From positions 53,260,001 through 53,324,000 of the forward strand of contig NC_087437.1 of the NCBI RefSeq assembly GCF_036321535.1: 64,000 bases of DNA, written 5' to 3'. The position numbers were made by a program, and so were the translations under genes. The stretch comes from Camelus dromedarius (Eukaryota). Below the pieces are notes generated by a model. The model was given only the letters and a program-made list of their open reading frames with translations. It searched no databases and had not been told where the DNA came from. The stretch's first letter is position 1; every line of letters starts with the position of its first letter. Shown here piece by piece: positions 1-14,190 of the stretch.

Positions 1-919
1 GCCCAAAGCAGCTCTGACAGGAGAGTTTTACAGGAAAGACAGGCCAGTCTTCCCTAGGGGACTGTTCTGGGTCATCACATGTTGGCAAGTCATCTCTCTG
101 GATCTTGTCTGTAAAATAAAGGAGTTGGGTGGAGCATCCTCTGGCTCCTACATTCTAGGAACTTTTATGAATCAAAAATGTACCATCCTCCAGCTCCCAA
201 AGGCACCAGAGACCCCTTTTAGCATACCTGATGGGAATTTAGACAGGACCTCAGGACAAGTCCTGGAGGAAAAAACCACAAACCTGCACTGCAGGAGCGT
301 TTCAAACCAGAAAATGCAGAGCGTACAGATATGAAAATATCATTATCATTATCAACCTCATTATTAGCACAGAAAGCACTGAATTATAGACTGCCCCCCA
401 CCCCCCATCTTCAGGGCCACTCTAACTCAAAACCTTTTCCTGGAGAATTTGCTCCAGCAAGCTGACTGAATAGATAAATGAGCCCTCTCTGGGAGGCAGC
501 CGCTTTTCTCCTGGAGGAAATTTCTTCAGCACAATTCATGCCTATCTCTGGCGTTTTCTTTGCCTCTTTCTTCATTGAAAAGCAGCTTGAGAAGCTAGAA
601 ATGCTGACCTGTTTTCTTTCGTTCTTCCTGCTGCATCTAACTGATGGGGGAAATCTTTTTCACAAGAGGAGGAAAGCAGTTTAAATCATCTTCATCATTT
701 TACTAGTAGACAGGGACACCACTTTACCAGTTTGGCATGGAGGATAGGAGAAATGCAAGGATTCGTGGGAAAAGAAAAAGAAAGCAAAAAAGGAGAAGCA
801 AACACTACCTTGAGGGATGCTGAAATACCTCTTCCTCAACGTGCTACTTGGAAAGCAGAAATTTCACAAAGCCAGCTCAGACGTACTCAGGTTTCTGACC
901 TGAGAGGCAGGAGGTGCAG

Positions 920-1046
920 GAGTTAGTGGGTGGGCTTTGGAGTCATCCAGAGCCAAGTGCAGTGCACCACCATTCTGACCTTAGCCTCTCTAAGTCTTGA
1001 TTTTTTCACCTGTAAAATGGGAGGAGCAATATCTACCTTACAGGGT
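920..1046 (+). mobile_element. MIR SINE fragment
   Basis: MIR core-like ...ttcacctgtaaaatggg...tacctacagggttg pattern. Confidence 0.6.
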
Positions 1047-1048
1047 TG

Positions 1049-2111
1049 TGTGATGGTTAGTTTTTTGTGTCAGCTTGGCTAGATTATAGGACCCATGTGT
1101 CTAATCAAATACTAATCTAGGTGTCTCTGTGAAGGTTATGTGTAGATGTGGTTAACGTCTATAATCAGTTGACATTAAGTCAAAGAGGTTACACTCGATA
1201 ATGTGTGTGGGCCTCATCCAATCAGTTGAAGGCCTTCATGGCAAAACCAGAAGTTTCTTGGAGAAGAAATTCTGTCTCAAAGCTGCAATATTAGCTCTTG
1301 CCTGAGTTTCCAGCCTGCCAGCTTGCCAGCCTGCCTGGTGGATTTCAGACTCAAGATGGTGACATTTACTCCTGCCTCAGCCTCCAGTCGGCTGACCTAC
1401 TCTATAGATTGTGGATTTGCCAGCCTCACAACTGCATGAGCCAGTTCCTTAAAATAAATCTATCTCTGTGTGTGTGTATACACACATATATAGTTATGTG
1501 ATACGAATATGTATTATATATAATATGTACATATACTTATAGAATGTGAAGGCACACGCTATTTTATTATGCCTCACAGATACTGCATTTTTTACAAATT
1601 GAAGGTTTGTGGCAACCCTGCATCAAGCAAGTCTATTGGTGCCCTTTTTTCAACAGCATTTGCCTCACTTCTTGTCTCAGTGTCACATGTTGGTAATGCT
1701 CTCAATATTTCATACCTTTTCATTGTTATTATATTTGCAATAGTGATCTGTGATCAGTGATCTTTCATGCTACTGCTGCAAAGAGATCACAACTCGCTAG
1801 AGACTCAGATGATAGTTAACATTTCTTAGCAGTAAAGTATTTTTTAATTAAGGTAGGCACGTTGCTTTTTTAGACATAATGCTCTTACACACTTAATAGA
1901 CTACAGTATAGAGTAAACAGTAAATATAACTTTTATATGCACTGGGAAGCCAAAAGTTCATGTGACTCACTTTATTGTGATAGTCACTTTACTGAGATGG
2001 TCTGGAACCAAACGCCCACCAGCGCTGAGATTTGCCTGTATACATAGGTATATATTCTATTTATATATGTGTATATATATTCTGTTTTTCTGGACAATGC
2101 TGACAAATACA
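1049..2111 (+). mobile_element. MLT2-type (ERVL) LTR, interrupted by a TA-rich tract and a Tigger element
   Basis: tgtgatggttagttttttgtgtcagcttggct start, ggcctcatccaatcagttgaaggcc, aataaatct, and ...tgacaaataca end. Confidence 0.8.
1549..2038 (+). mobile_element. Internally deleted Tigger1-like (TcMar) DNA transposon
   Basis: Tigger1 5' end (tacaaattgaaggtttgtggcaaccctgcatcaagcaagtct) joined to its 3' end (ttatatgcactgggaa...tggtctggaaccaaac...gcctg|TA). Confidence 0.8.
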
Positions 2112-2149
2112 GGCTCTTCTGGAGATTGTGATAACATATGTGTATAGGC

Positions 2150-2910
2150 ATGTTTGCTAGGCCCGCCCAACTGCAGCCCTGCTGATTGACAGACCACATT
2201 TTGCCCCCATATCCTCCCTTGCCTGCTGGCCACAGCTGATTGGACTAGACAGGAGTAGGCAACTGACCTAAAGGCAACCAATCATGGTCTCGCCTGATGT
2301 GATCCAAAGGAATGAGCCAGGCCAATTCATTTTCTTGTCTTAGGAGCCTGAATAGGAACTAAAAGAATTCGCCAGCTGGTGGAGGACAAGTCAGGTCAAT
2401 GGTGGAGCAACTGAAAAGCTGTATAACCAGAATTTATGGAATAAGACTGTCATGGGATACGACCACATAGTGGTCTGCATTTTTGTCAGTCTGTTCTCAA
2501 TCTTTAAAACTCAGGAGACTTCACACTAAAAGCCAGCCAGAAGCTCTGTAGCACAGGGTCTGCATGGCTACAATCCTCTGGAGCCAGGGTGCTGCCTCTT
2601 TACACGGGCTGTGAGCTTTCCCATCTGCCAGCCTCCCCCACGCCCTGCTCTGCTCTGTCTGGCCAGCCTCACGCTTATGTTGCCTGCCTGGCACATGGAG
2701 GTACTGCTGCTTGCAGCCCCTGAGTTAGAGGGGATTTCCTTAGAAAATTGTTTCTTAGAAACCAGAATTGCTTTGAATCCATCCACAGCCCCAGGTTCCT
2801 GTGTCTAGATTCCTAGGGCTTTGAGGTGCCCTTAATCTTCTACATGGAGCTTTATACTAAACCCCCTTTACTTGAGCTGGTGTGAATGGGTCTCTGTTCC
2901 TTGCAGTAGC
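2150..2910 (+). mobile_element. Old ERVL/MaLR LTR fragments (LTR33/MLT1K-like)
   Basis: ggccacagctgattgg...gcaactgacc...aaccaatc and a 3' end cccttttacttgagctggtgtgaatgggtctctgttccttgca. Confidence 0.45.
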
Positions 2911-5559
2911 TGAAGTCCTGTGCATACAAGGGGAATAATGAAAGCTCTCCCTTTCTCTTCCCAGCTCTCCCGGAGCCCAGGTCTTTCAGAGGCTGCAGTC
3001 TGCATAATAGGCTGCTGTCTAAGGAAGATGCCAGGGAACACTGGCTGGTGAGGGAGAGCTGCAGCCTTAGGGATCAGCTAGGCACCAGGAACCGGGGTTG
3101 GACTCACTTTTTCCAGAAGAGATACAGGGATAAGAGGAGCAGGCTTGCTCTTGGGCCAACAGTTTGGTGAACACCAAAAGAACTCCCACTGGGTACCTAC
3201 CCAGGGTTCCTGGGGGCCAGTGGTGAGCAAAGCAGAGATGGGTCCTCCAGATAGCTGTGGAAACCTCAGGTGGTGGTGGTGGTGATGTCCAGCAGGATTT
3301 TGGGGATGCTGACTTAAGCCAGCAATGAGAAAGAAACTTAGCCCTAGCAGAGGAGACAGGGTGTGGAGGACCTGGGGCATGGAGGACCCCAACTAGACTG
3401 TGGAAGGGGTCATGAGGCCGCTAGGGTGGTGGGACATTTGAGTGGCTATTTATCAACCAGTAAGGAAGTGTTCAACGTGTTAACCACTGGTGTGGCTGAC
3501 CCTGTGACTATAAAGGCTTTAACTCACAGAATAACCATTTATTAAATAGTCATCATGGATAGTGGGGCCTGTTGTTACTATTTTGCCAAGAGCACCACAG
3601 TGGTGCCTTCGTGGGTTATTGCTGGCACAGCCCTGAGAATCTTCCCGTGCTGTCTCTGCACAGCCATCTCCAGCAGCTCTGCGTTGGCAAGGATTTTGGT
3701 TCAGAGATGTGTGAGCTCCAGGGGATTTCACTTTGCTTTCACTGAGCCCAGCTACTCTGGATGAGAGCCACCAACCTCGGTGCGCAGTGAGGTTTCTATC
3801 TTGCCTTCAAGACGCGGCTGGTGCAGCTGAGGCTCGTGTAGGCCTGACTCACGGCCTGGACCCCAGGATGAGAGCAGGACCCCTATACTGAGAACTCCAC
3901 ACAGTTTTGGACAGTAGGAAGCTCCTCAATGTTAAGTTTTCTGTCAATATCTGGGGTAAGGAGCATGGTTATCTGAGAAAGGAGGAAAATGGGGCGTTTT
4001 CTTGACACTGTCCATGATTGGACGAATGGTAAACCATCCTATGTATGTGAGTTGGGTCTTTCTCATTTGAATACAAGTTTTTAAAATTCAGATTATTTTC
4101 TGAATCTAGAGGAACTTTACTTTCAAGGTAGAGGATTTGGAGAAGATCCAAAATAATAAAGAAGAACGGAAATATTAAAGTTACATAGTGTAAGCATGTT
4201 GCACTGATGCCTCTCAGGTCAGTCCCAGCGCTGGGGAAGTAGAGCTGGGGACATGGTTCAGTCTCAAGTGAAACCCACCATGAGTGCTTTCACCTGTGGA
4301 GCCAACTGCAGACTCTGTGGCGTTAGGGTAGCCTGGGAACACCCAGTGGCATCTCTCACGTGCCAGCATCTGTTATAAGCTCTGCAACAATATCTCCCAT
4401 TCCTGAAGGCAGTAATTACCTTCTCTTAGAAAACTACAAAACTGGTGGGCAGCTACATAAATCCCTAAATTCCTTCCAACATTGCCTTAAGTCAAGCATT
4501 ACCTTCTATGAAGCCACCTCTCCCTACCCACAAGCCTCTGGAATTCATTCCTCCCATACTGTCTCACACAATATACCCCTATAGCCAATGGCTTTTTAAA
4601 AATAGGCCCCCTGTGTGTTTCCAAGCCAGCCCACCACGCCCAGGTCTGTGTCTGGAAGGCCACCGGCCTCCTTCCCAGCTCACATCTCTACCTGTCGTGG
4701 GTCACCACACTCCCTGGACTGGCTCCAACAGCTCAGGTCAGGTTGGCCAATTCAGCACATTTGTACAAAGACATGTGTCACGTGATAAAACAAGTTCTGA
4801 GACACTGTTTAAATAAGCTGCTCATAGAACAGATCTCCCTTGAGAACATCTTTTCCTTCCTACATGTCAATAGCCCCTGAGTCAATCTGTAACCAAAACA
4901 TACTCCCACAAATCCTGCATAAACCTCCAAATTAATTGCATCTGGCAATCAGCCTCGACTAAGCACCTACCATGTTCCAGGTCCTATCTGGCTGTGGTGA
5001 ACACCAGCCAGTTAAGACATGTTTACCACCCATGAGTCACAGGGCTCCAGAATGTGAGTGAGAAAGGGCCCGAGACCATGGAGTACAACCTCTCATCATG
5101 CTGAGGTCCAATGTGGGGACGTGTCTTATTTCTCCAGGGTTCCAGTTATTGTCAGATCCAGGCCTACAGCCCAGTTTGTGAGCCCACCATGAAGGAGCAA
5201 ACTTGAAGTTTCCAGGCAGGTGACATAAAGGAGAGAAGTAGGCTGTGCGGGACCCCTCTAAGAGCAACCTCTGCTTCTCAACCTTTCCTACCCCATCCAT
5301 CCTGCTTATCCACTGGGCAGGACCCTCCCTCCAAGATGCAAATCCAAGTGGGGCCAGAGGATGGTGAATAAAGCCAAGTTACATCCATCCCTTAGCTCTG
5401 CTTATTTAAAACCCTGATAACTGAAGTTTGTTAAACTTCACTTGCATGATCTAGTCAAAGGGCTCAATTTAGTATGTGAAAGAACTGCCTGGGGAGTGTT
5501 TTAAAATGTGGACTCCTGGACCCTCCCTGGAGATTTTGAGCCAGAATCAATACCTCTGA

Positions 5560-6184
5560 TGTGGGGAATACCCGCTGATACCCAGATGAAACTATGGGCA
5601 ATGATTAGTGAAATCCATTTCACCTGCCTTCACTAATCAAGGTCGTTTTAAGGCTTGCATGTCCTCCAAGGGGCACAGGACTAAACAATAAGATATCTGC
5701 CTGAGTCATTTTCCAGGAATTAGGAGTCAGCTGTATTTAGTTCAGCAGAGCCCAGAGTCAGCTGTGTGTATCTAGTTCGAGCTGAGCTGGTTAAGACCAC
5801 CAGGTGGATAGGACCACGGACCCTCCAACTGGGCATGTGTGAGTGTCTTTGGTGACTTTTTTGACATCAGAAGGCTGCAAACTCCACCCTCAGAACGTGT
5901 AGAGGCCTGTAACCTGGTTACGCCTGCGCAGAACTGCAATTCCTGCACCTTTTCTGAATCACCTTTCCCCACGCAACCTCCCCCACCGCCAGCCTCAAGC
6001 CCCTGCTCCTTTACTCCTTATCCCATAAATACCCCTGCCCTTGACTTAGAGGGGATGAATTTGAGACTCAATCTGCCGTTCTCTCGCTTATCTGTCTTGC
6101 AAATAAGCTCTCTCTTTGCTGTAAACCTTGGCATCTCAGTGTTGGGGTTGCTGCGTGTGGGCAAAGCAAAGTGGCTCAGTAACA
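5560..6184 (+). mobile_element. ERV1-type solo LTR inserted in a MER5-like relic
   Basis: TG...AACA ends, TATA-like cataaata 6024-6031, poly(A)-like aaataag 6101-6107, ERV1-style U5 ending cagtaaca. Confidence 0.7.
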
Positions 6185-6834
6185 CGGCTGATGAAAGCCA
6201 CTGGGGAGGGGACAGGCACGGAGGCTGGTCACAGAAAGCCTGGGAATCTGGAGCAGGCTGGTGAACCAGCTGTGTGGTTTCACTCCCCTACGTGCTGTTA
6301 AATGAGGAGGTTGTGGGGGTTAACCCCCATGGCCCAGTTCAGACATCATCGGTTGGGTCAAGTGGCGAGTCCCACACACTCAGACCCCTTGGCTTGGCTG
6401 AGCAGACACACACAGGGTGCCTCGGGGGATGGGCCGCACTTAAATGCACCTGCATGGGGCTCCTTGGACAACACTCTCTCCTGCCAACGACCCTGGAGAG
6501 GAGTCCTGGCCCAGTTGGGAGACCATCAGGCCTCCTAACGACTTCCCAACGTGTCTGCCCCCCCAGAGACCTGAGAGGAGAGCCTGGCCAAGACGCCTGT
6601 CTGTCCTGGTGGGCCAGGTCCTCCAGACTCAGGCACTTTGTCTCCTTTCTCCCACAGAAGTATCTTACTTCTGAGATGCTCATACCCATAGGAAGGGATG
6701 AGCCCATAGACACAAAGCACAATTCTCCAAGGGAAGAGGAAAATGGGGTCCTGGGGGAGTCAACTATGGGCCAGAGAGATGGAGCAGTCCTGCCTCTCCC
6801 CTCTCAGCCCTGAGGCACCATGAAGGCAAGAGAG

Positions 6835-6990
6835 GTTCAGACCCTAGTTCTAAACCCCGCTCTGCCACGTACCAGCTGGAAGTAATCCAAGTGACTCAAC
6901 TTCTCTGAGCCTCTGTTTCCTCATCTGAAAAAATCAAATGGGAATAATCAAGTTTACCCGCAGGGTTGTGGTGAGAATGCAATCTGATTA
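6835..6990 (+). mobile_element. MIR SINE
   Basis: ctctgccac...caagtgactcaacttctctgagcctctgtttcctcatctgaaa. Confidence 0.75.
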
Positions 6991-9900
6991 CATGCATGGA
7001 GCGCCCTGCCCGACAGTCAAAAGGGGCTCAGCAATCCTGCCTTCCCCTCCGTCTGCAGCTCTCTCTGGCCCCCACCTTCTGCTTGGGGGAAGCTGTCGCT
7101 GCCTCATCTCCCCAGCTTAGGAGTCACTGCAATAGAACTGGGGTTGGGGGAGGACGCCTTCTCTCTGTAGTGTTATTGAAAAATATTCAAAAGAAACGTT
7201 TACACCAAAAGCAACTCTGGGGAAACAAAGGGAAATGAACAAAGCAAATATAAATCCATAAAATGAGATGCAGATTACAGCTTCTACAAGAGCCTCTCTG
7301 ATAAAAACCCCCCTACCTCCACAGTTCCCAGGGAAGATGGGGCTAATTGGAGCTGCAGCCTGTCCCCAACTGAAAACTGAAGCCGTGTCTCTCCTGTGGG
7401 GCCTCCTCTACCTCCGGGCTGTTTTCTCAGCCCAGCAGGGTGGGAGGTGCCTGAGTTGGAGGCCCAGCAGAATGCACTGGGCTCCTCTGTGGCTCCTGGC
7501 CCAACCCACACAACCCTTTCCCACATCCCCCATCCCTCTGGTGGCCCCTAAAAGGATGAGAACTACAGCTCGCCCGCGCAGAGCTGCACAAAGCCCGTCA
7601 CGACTCTGGGCTTAGGGGGACTGGCTCCCACTCCGTGGGTGTTGGACAAACAGCAGGAGCAGGAGGCTGACAGCACTGCCTTTTTTTGCATCTGGACCAG
7701 GACCTGCAGACACGGCTGCTAGAAGTATCGAAGAACCAAGAACTCAGGCAGTGGGACCCAATAGTGGAATGAGAGGCTCACCCCCAACCACCTATACTCA
7801 TCCTGGGGGTGTTGGGGCTTGGAGGGCTGGCTCTGTGCAGCAGGCACCTCAAGGGCAGGGCTGGTTGAACCACAACCCTGATAAGCTTGGAAACACCCAC
7901 TGGAGGTGAATCCCCGCCGCCCCCACTAAGACTGAAGGAGGAGCGAGCCCTCAACTGCCAAGTGCCTCTGGGCAGAGCGCCAGAGAAGCACCACCACACA
8001 GGCTGTCTTTGCCAGCACAGTCAGAGTTAAGTAAGGCCTCCTGGGCCCCGGCCTGAAGACAGTGGCCGGGATCTGCTCAGCGTTCTGGAAAACTGACCAG
8101 TGAGTGATTTGGGGGAGCTGAGGGTGCTTGGCAGGGAGAAAGAAGCTCAGGGCACCCGGGTTTACATTTGTGAGGGTCCTCCTATGGAAGAGGGATTTAT
8201 CATAATTAGGGACACCTCAGGGCAGAACTAGAGCCAAAGGCTAGAAGGTGCAGAAAGGACTTTCCACCACTCAGGGCCGTGAACATGGCACACTGAGGCC
8301 TTTGGAGGGATGGTCTGTCTTGAATTTGAAGGGAGATGCCCCAAGTGAGAGATGCTGGTGGGCGTTATACCAGTAATGAAGTCAACAACTGGCCCAGAGA
8401 GCCCTCTTTAATATTTTGAGCAGACTAGCAAAGCACAAGGATGGCCGAACATGTGAGTGTGGGCTGCCAGGTCAGAGCACACAAAGCAGTGTCTCCAGGA
8501 GCTGGCTCCAGACCCCTCCCCTAGAACATCACCAACACCGAACTCTCTCCTGGATGGTCCAGCTCTCAGCTTGAAGGTGTCTGTTTGTGGCCAATGTCTG
8601 GTAATCTGGTGCTCCGCCTGGGCCCTCCCAGAGCCTGGATAAAATGCTGCTGGATCACAGGAGCACAATCATGTCCCTGCCGTTGGGGCAAAGGGCGACT
8701 CTGCCAGAAGGAAGGGATGGTGTGTCATTACACCACAGCAGACTTTCCTGATGGGGCATTCTTTTTGTATCAGGCCCCAGTCCAGTGGGTCCAGCTGTTC
8801 ATCTAACCCAATCCTCATCCCGTCTGAATGCCCACTGTGTATGGTGCCCCTGCTAGGAGGCCTAATAGATGGAATCCCACAAAGGGACACTCCAAATGTC
8901 TACGCCTGTCCACTCCCTATGTATCATCATTGCTCTTCCCTTGTCTCTTGCTCCCCCATCTTTCTCTAATCCCAAACAACGACATCTCCTATCAAGATGT
9001 ATTTTAGACCAGACATAGGGAGAGAAGCAGTTTCCACCTTGGAAACACAACAACAAATAGGGAGAACCAAACACTTGTTGCATGCAGAGCTGCACTGCAT
9101 CTAATTTACCCCTCGTGACAATGCTTTCAAGTGGGACACATCCCACAGCCTTTTGAGTCAAATAACTGTAGCAGGGAACAGTTCTTCAATTTGTTTTGAT
9201 AAAACACCTCAATTTGTTTGGACTTCTTTGCTTCATTGGGAAGTAGCTAGCTTTCCCCAGGATGGAATGAAACATCTTCCAGCCCCTCCAGGGAAAGGAG
9301 ATAATGGCTGTGTTCTCTGCGCCAACCCTCTGTGCCTCTAAAGGGGGATCCTGGTTTTTCCCTCTTTCATTTTTTAATTACTAATGATTTGAGCTCTGGT
9401 TTTTAAGAATGGGGTAGACATTTCTGGTTTTATTTGTATGCTCAAGTTGGCTATCCAGAGTTCTTTTTCTGTCTAAAAACACCCCAGTTTCCTTTTGGGG
9501 AGTTACCCCTCCCCCATGGTGGGCAGGCTGGTATGTGGTGCATTATTAGTGTTCATGTCCCCAAATATAGAAGCAAAGGAGTTCCAGGAGACACCCTTCA
9601 TCAGATTCCTCCTCTGTTGCCCCAGGGCAGCCAAGGAGGTGAGCTTAGGACCTAAGTCCAACCAATCAGACTCTCCCCAGGGGCTTTGCCTGTTGAGCAA
9701 AGTAACACAAAAAGGCGACACCCGACTCTCCATCCCTCCTGTCCTGGCTCTTACCCTGCTTCCAGGCTGTCTTCAGAATTCCTGTCACTTCCATGAGCTC
9801 CCTGAGTATGCACTGAGTACAAAACCCCAGTATGTTTCCTTTTTGGCTTGGATCATGCTTTAGGACTTGGCCAAAACCAAGGATGACTCCCTTCCCTGGC

Positions 9901-10829
9901 ATTATATTATATTACTGATGCTTTATAATAAATAATGGGATGGAAGAATTAAGTCACCAAGAGACTAAAAAGTCAAAGCACTTTCTGCTGCCCCTGCCTT
10001 CCCCCTCTGAGACATTGCTGCTTCGTGAATAGGCTGAGAGAAGCAGCGCCTCAATGGGCACATTCCATAAGGGCTCAGAAGCCAGATCAAGATCTTACCA
10101 TCAGCATCATCTTCCCATGAGGGACACCTTCACATCGCCTGCAAGGGCCCAAGGCCATCTCCCGTGCAGCCTTGCGGAGAGGAGCTCCACTTCTGGTGCC
10201 ACCCAACCACCACCCTGGGGTGACACATGGTCCCTGCTGTGAATCACGGTTCTGCCCTCCTTTGGGTTCACCTATGAGGTTGCCCTGGAAGCTCAGAGAG
10301 GGCGAGGACCCCGAGGGGGTTCTAGAAGCTCTTGTGCGCAGGCTCAGGAGCTGAACTGAGCCCTCTGGGGAAGAAAGTGCTGAGCTGGTGGGATGTGGAG
10401 CCCCTGACTCATAGCTGAATGTACAAGCACAGGGTGGGGGCCATGTGACTTACCCTGTTCAACTGAAGAAGACCTGGAGGTTTTAAATGACTCCAGAGGC
10501 AACAGAGGGATGTGACCCCAATAAGCTCATCCCGTCTGCGGATTCGTTCAATGATGCCTAGAATGCTGGGGCAGCTCTGCGCCCTCTGCTGAGGCACATC
10601 AATGCCAGGAGATGGAGGGAAATCAGAACCAGAGCAAGAGAAGAGGGGATGGAAGAGAGAAGTGGGCTGCTAGCTAAAACACTGTCACGTTTAAGCAGGG
10701 CTGGAATTTTTCTAAACTAAAATGAGTGGATCAAAGATCTGGGGCAGCAGTCTTGGATCAGAATAAGGACAACCTTTTAAGCAAAGCAGCACAGCAGTGA
10801 AGTGGGCTGCCTGAGGGAAGCTCTTGGGA

Positions 10830-11060
10830 AAGCAGGCAGGAGTGTGACCTCTGGGGCAGCCACCCGGGTCAAGTGCCAGCTCTACCTCTGAACAGTTGTG
10901 TGCCCGTGGCAAATTTCTTAACCTCTCTGCTCTCATCTATGCAGCGAAGGAAATAGTGGTACATGCCTCCTGGGGCTATTGTGAGGATTAGGAGGCGATG
11001 TTTGTAATGGACGCTGAACAGTGCTTGACACGTACATGCTAGCAACTCACTAGGATTATT
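10830..11060 (+). mobile_element. MIR SINE
   Basis: ggcaaatttcttaacctctctg...attgtgaggatta. Confidence 0.65.
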
Positions 11061-12159
11061 ATTGCAAGGCTGTGAGACCTCATTGCTGGAAGCTGTTGAA
11101 CCTGGGCTGGAAGTTCAGAGTCAAGGATGCTGGAGGCCATCCCTGCTCTGGGTGGGAGGCTGGGCCAGACCACAGTACAGAGAACAGAGCATGGGCTTTG
11201 GTGGCAGAGGGCACACAGCGAGTGCTGTGACTGCGGGCAAACCACAAAACCTCCAGGTCTCAGTTTTCACATCTGTCAATGAGACTAATATCTCTCACCC
11301 TATAGCACAGTCACAAGGATTAATTAATCACCTGTACAAGTGTCTGTCTTATTATTGATACTTTTGATGTGTTTTTTTTAAATTTCAAAAAATAGTGTTA
11401 ATGATAGGTCACCTATGGCCAGTATCTGACACACAGTGGGGGCAGGGTTAGCATGTTTATTATTTCATTCCCTCCTCCCCAAATGCCCTGTGGCTCCCTG
11501 GATACCAGAGCTGTTCTTCAGCTGGCTTCTGGCTAGATTTTTGTCCTTTTACAACAAGTACGCTCGCCTTTCAGGCTGCTTTGTGTGACTCACCCTTCAT
11601 CACGGACTGTGATGTTCTGCCTGAGGCTTCCATCGCAAGTGGTGAGGAGAATGGCCATTTTGGTCTAAACAGGGTTTGGTGGGCAGGATTATTTCACATT
11701 GAGATTTACTGCCAAAGGGACAGAAGATGGGCCCCTGGATATGTTATGGCTGGCCTGCCTCTCTCCCTGCCCAATTTTGTCCCCTGACCTGTGTCTACAG
11801 AATATTCAGTCCCAAGGACCAGACATGCTCACTCACACATGCTCACCAGCACCTGGCTGGCTGGCAGGAGTTGGAGGAAGCTCTGCTGGCAAGGAGAGAA
11901 ATGCTATTTCTTCTCTTGGAGATGGTTTTCCACTTAATGCAGGACACTTTAATTGAACACCTACTCTGTGCAGGCATGAGGGAGATCCGATGTGTATCTG
12001 GAGCAGTCCTCACTCCCTAGAAACCTAGAAAGTATCAGGAGATGAAGGCAGATTCGTGAAGTGCTCCCAGTCTCAATGATGTCACAGCAACTACCATAAA
12101 GTGTAGGGAAGAAAGACACTTTTCAACCCAAGGGGCCCTAGAAAGACTTAATACAGTTG

Positions 12160-12330
12160 CCATTGTTGAGCACCTACTATGTGCAGGCACCTCCTTTACC
12201 TCATTTACCCTCCACAATCTATGAGGAATGGGATTATTACCACCCCCATTTTACAGATGAAGAAATGGGGGTTCTAAAAGGTGAAATAACATGTCCCAAA
12301 TTATGTAGCCAGTCAAAGGAAGAACCAGGA
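12160..12330 (-). mobile_element. MIR SINE
   Basis: ttgagcacctactatgtgcaggcac...cccattttacagatgaagaaa. Confidence 0.7.
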
Positions 12331-13929
12331 CAAGATTCTGAGGCTAAAACATGTGTTCTTCCAGAAGGCCAGGCTGCCTGCTTCTTAGAGAAGGCTGAAT
12401 TCGACCTGGGCCTGAATGCAGGCTGGTATTTTAGGTCGCTCTGGGGCAGTGGGCGAGCCATTCCTTCTGCTTCCCTGCTTCTGGACAGGTACAAACTGCC
12501 TGCTCTGAGACACAGCTGATGTTCCCCCTTCCTCCTCCCACAAGGGGCTGATGAAGTCCCATGGCAGCCTTGGGGAAAGCCCTCCTACCTCTCTCCAGCT
12601 TCCACCTGTGATTCAGCCCCAAATAAATAACTGTGCTGTTCATCCAAATAGTACGGCTGCTCACTGGAACCAACAACGCAGATTGATTTAGCACCTGCTG
12701 GGAGCTATTCTTCGGTTATGCACCATTAACAACCCATTCAACTCTAACTAGCTGAGCACAAGCACATCCTTTATGTTACCTCCAGGCAAGTTTGTTCTTG
12801 CCTCACTCTTAGACTTGTAGCGTAGCAGAGCTGTAAGATAATGACTGATTTCAAGTGGCTCTTCTTACAGATCCCAGACTGAGACTCAGAGAGGGGAAGG
12901 GGCTGGGCTGAAGGGCTCCAAGAGAGGACAGCAGAAGAGATGCTGCTTCTCCACTCTCCACACCCATCAAGGGGTAGAAGGAGGTTCACCGAGCACGTCT
13001 TCTGCAGATACTTGTCCCGGGCGTTGTCGCATACCCCTCTCACCACGGCTCCGATTAGAGGGCTCTGCATTCCATTTTCAGACGAGAAATCTGAAGAGCT
13101 GAGGAGCCACAGGACATGCCCAAGTTCATATGAAAAAGAAGTACAGCCAAGGTGGGGACTTTGGCTGTCTCAAAATCCCACCACAGTGTGGAAGGAGGCA
13201 GGTGTTTTTCCCCACCTCCTTTTGGGCTTGCCAAACAGGTGGAGGTTTGACATGGACCCAGGAGATCTGGGACTCAATTTCTCTGGCACTGGACCTTCCC
13301 ACAGAAGAAGATCCTCAGATCTGCCTGGAGTAATGACCAGCCCTGGGCAGGCACAAAGTGACACACTCAGGGCTGTGCAAAGTGTATTTCCATCTTTCAC
13401 TTTGTTCCTGGATGACTCATGCAGCCCACGTAATAAGATTAATGTCTTCCCCAGCACCAGCAAATTGCATTTCTTTCTTTTAAAAAAAAAATCACAATCA
13501 GCCTGTAAATGGCCCTGGCTGATTCTGGGGACATGGAGCCATCCTGTGGCCACTTCCCTGGACAGGCTGGAAGCTGCAGTCAGGACCCCAGGACTGGGAG
13601 GCCTCCCCAAGGCTGTCCCTGAGTCCTGCGTCCTGCTTCTGGCCAGACATCTGCTCCTGCCAGTGACACTTTGTCACAGCCGTGTCTCCTCTGACTAACG
13701 TTCTACAGACGAGCAAGTGCTCTGGAAGCCCCATGGCCACTCCCCCCCCACAGGTCCCTCTCCCCTGGGGGGCTAGTTCACTCATCTCTAGTATTTCAGC
13801 TCCAGGGCCCTGCTCTCTGTGAGCCTTCTCTGCCTCTGCCCACACCCTGGGGGTCGTTGACCCTCCTCACTGGGCGGCCTCACTGTCTCCATATACACGT
13901 CTCTCATAATAATAACAATCACTGGTTAC

Positions 13930-14190
13930 ACAGTATTTACAATGTACCAGTCACTGTTCTAAGAAATATACATATATATATACATATTATACATGAACAC
14001 ATACAAAGGCACATTCACTTAATCTTCACGATCCTATGAGATAGGTATTAATATTATCTTCATCTCACAGACAGGGAAACCAAGACAGAGAGAGGGGAAG
14101 TGATTTGCTTGCAGTCACTCAGCTCGTTAGTGGCTGAGCCAGAATCTGAGTCTCTTTGATCAGGCTCTGAAGCCCTCATCCTAACCACTG
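13930..14190 (-). mobile_element. MIR SINE
   Basis: cacttaatcttcac...cctatgagataggtatta...cagacagggaaaccaag. Confidence 0.7.

Noticed and set aside
12940..13698. 252-aa + strand ORF
   Set aside because: No recognisable homology, crosses a poly(A) run and MIR-like sequence, and has no exon context.
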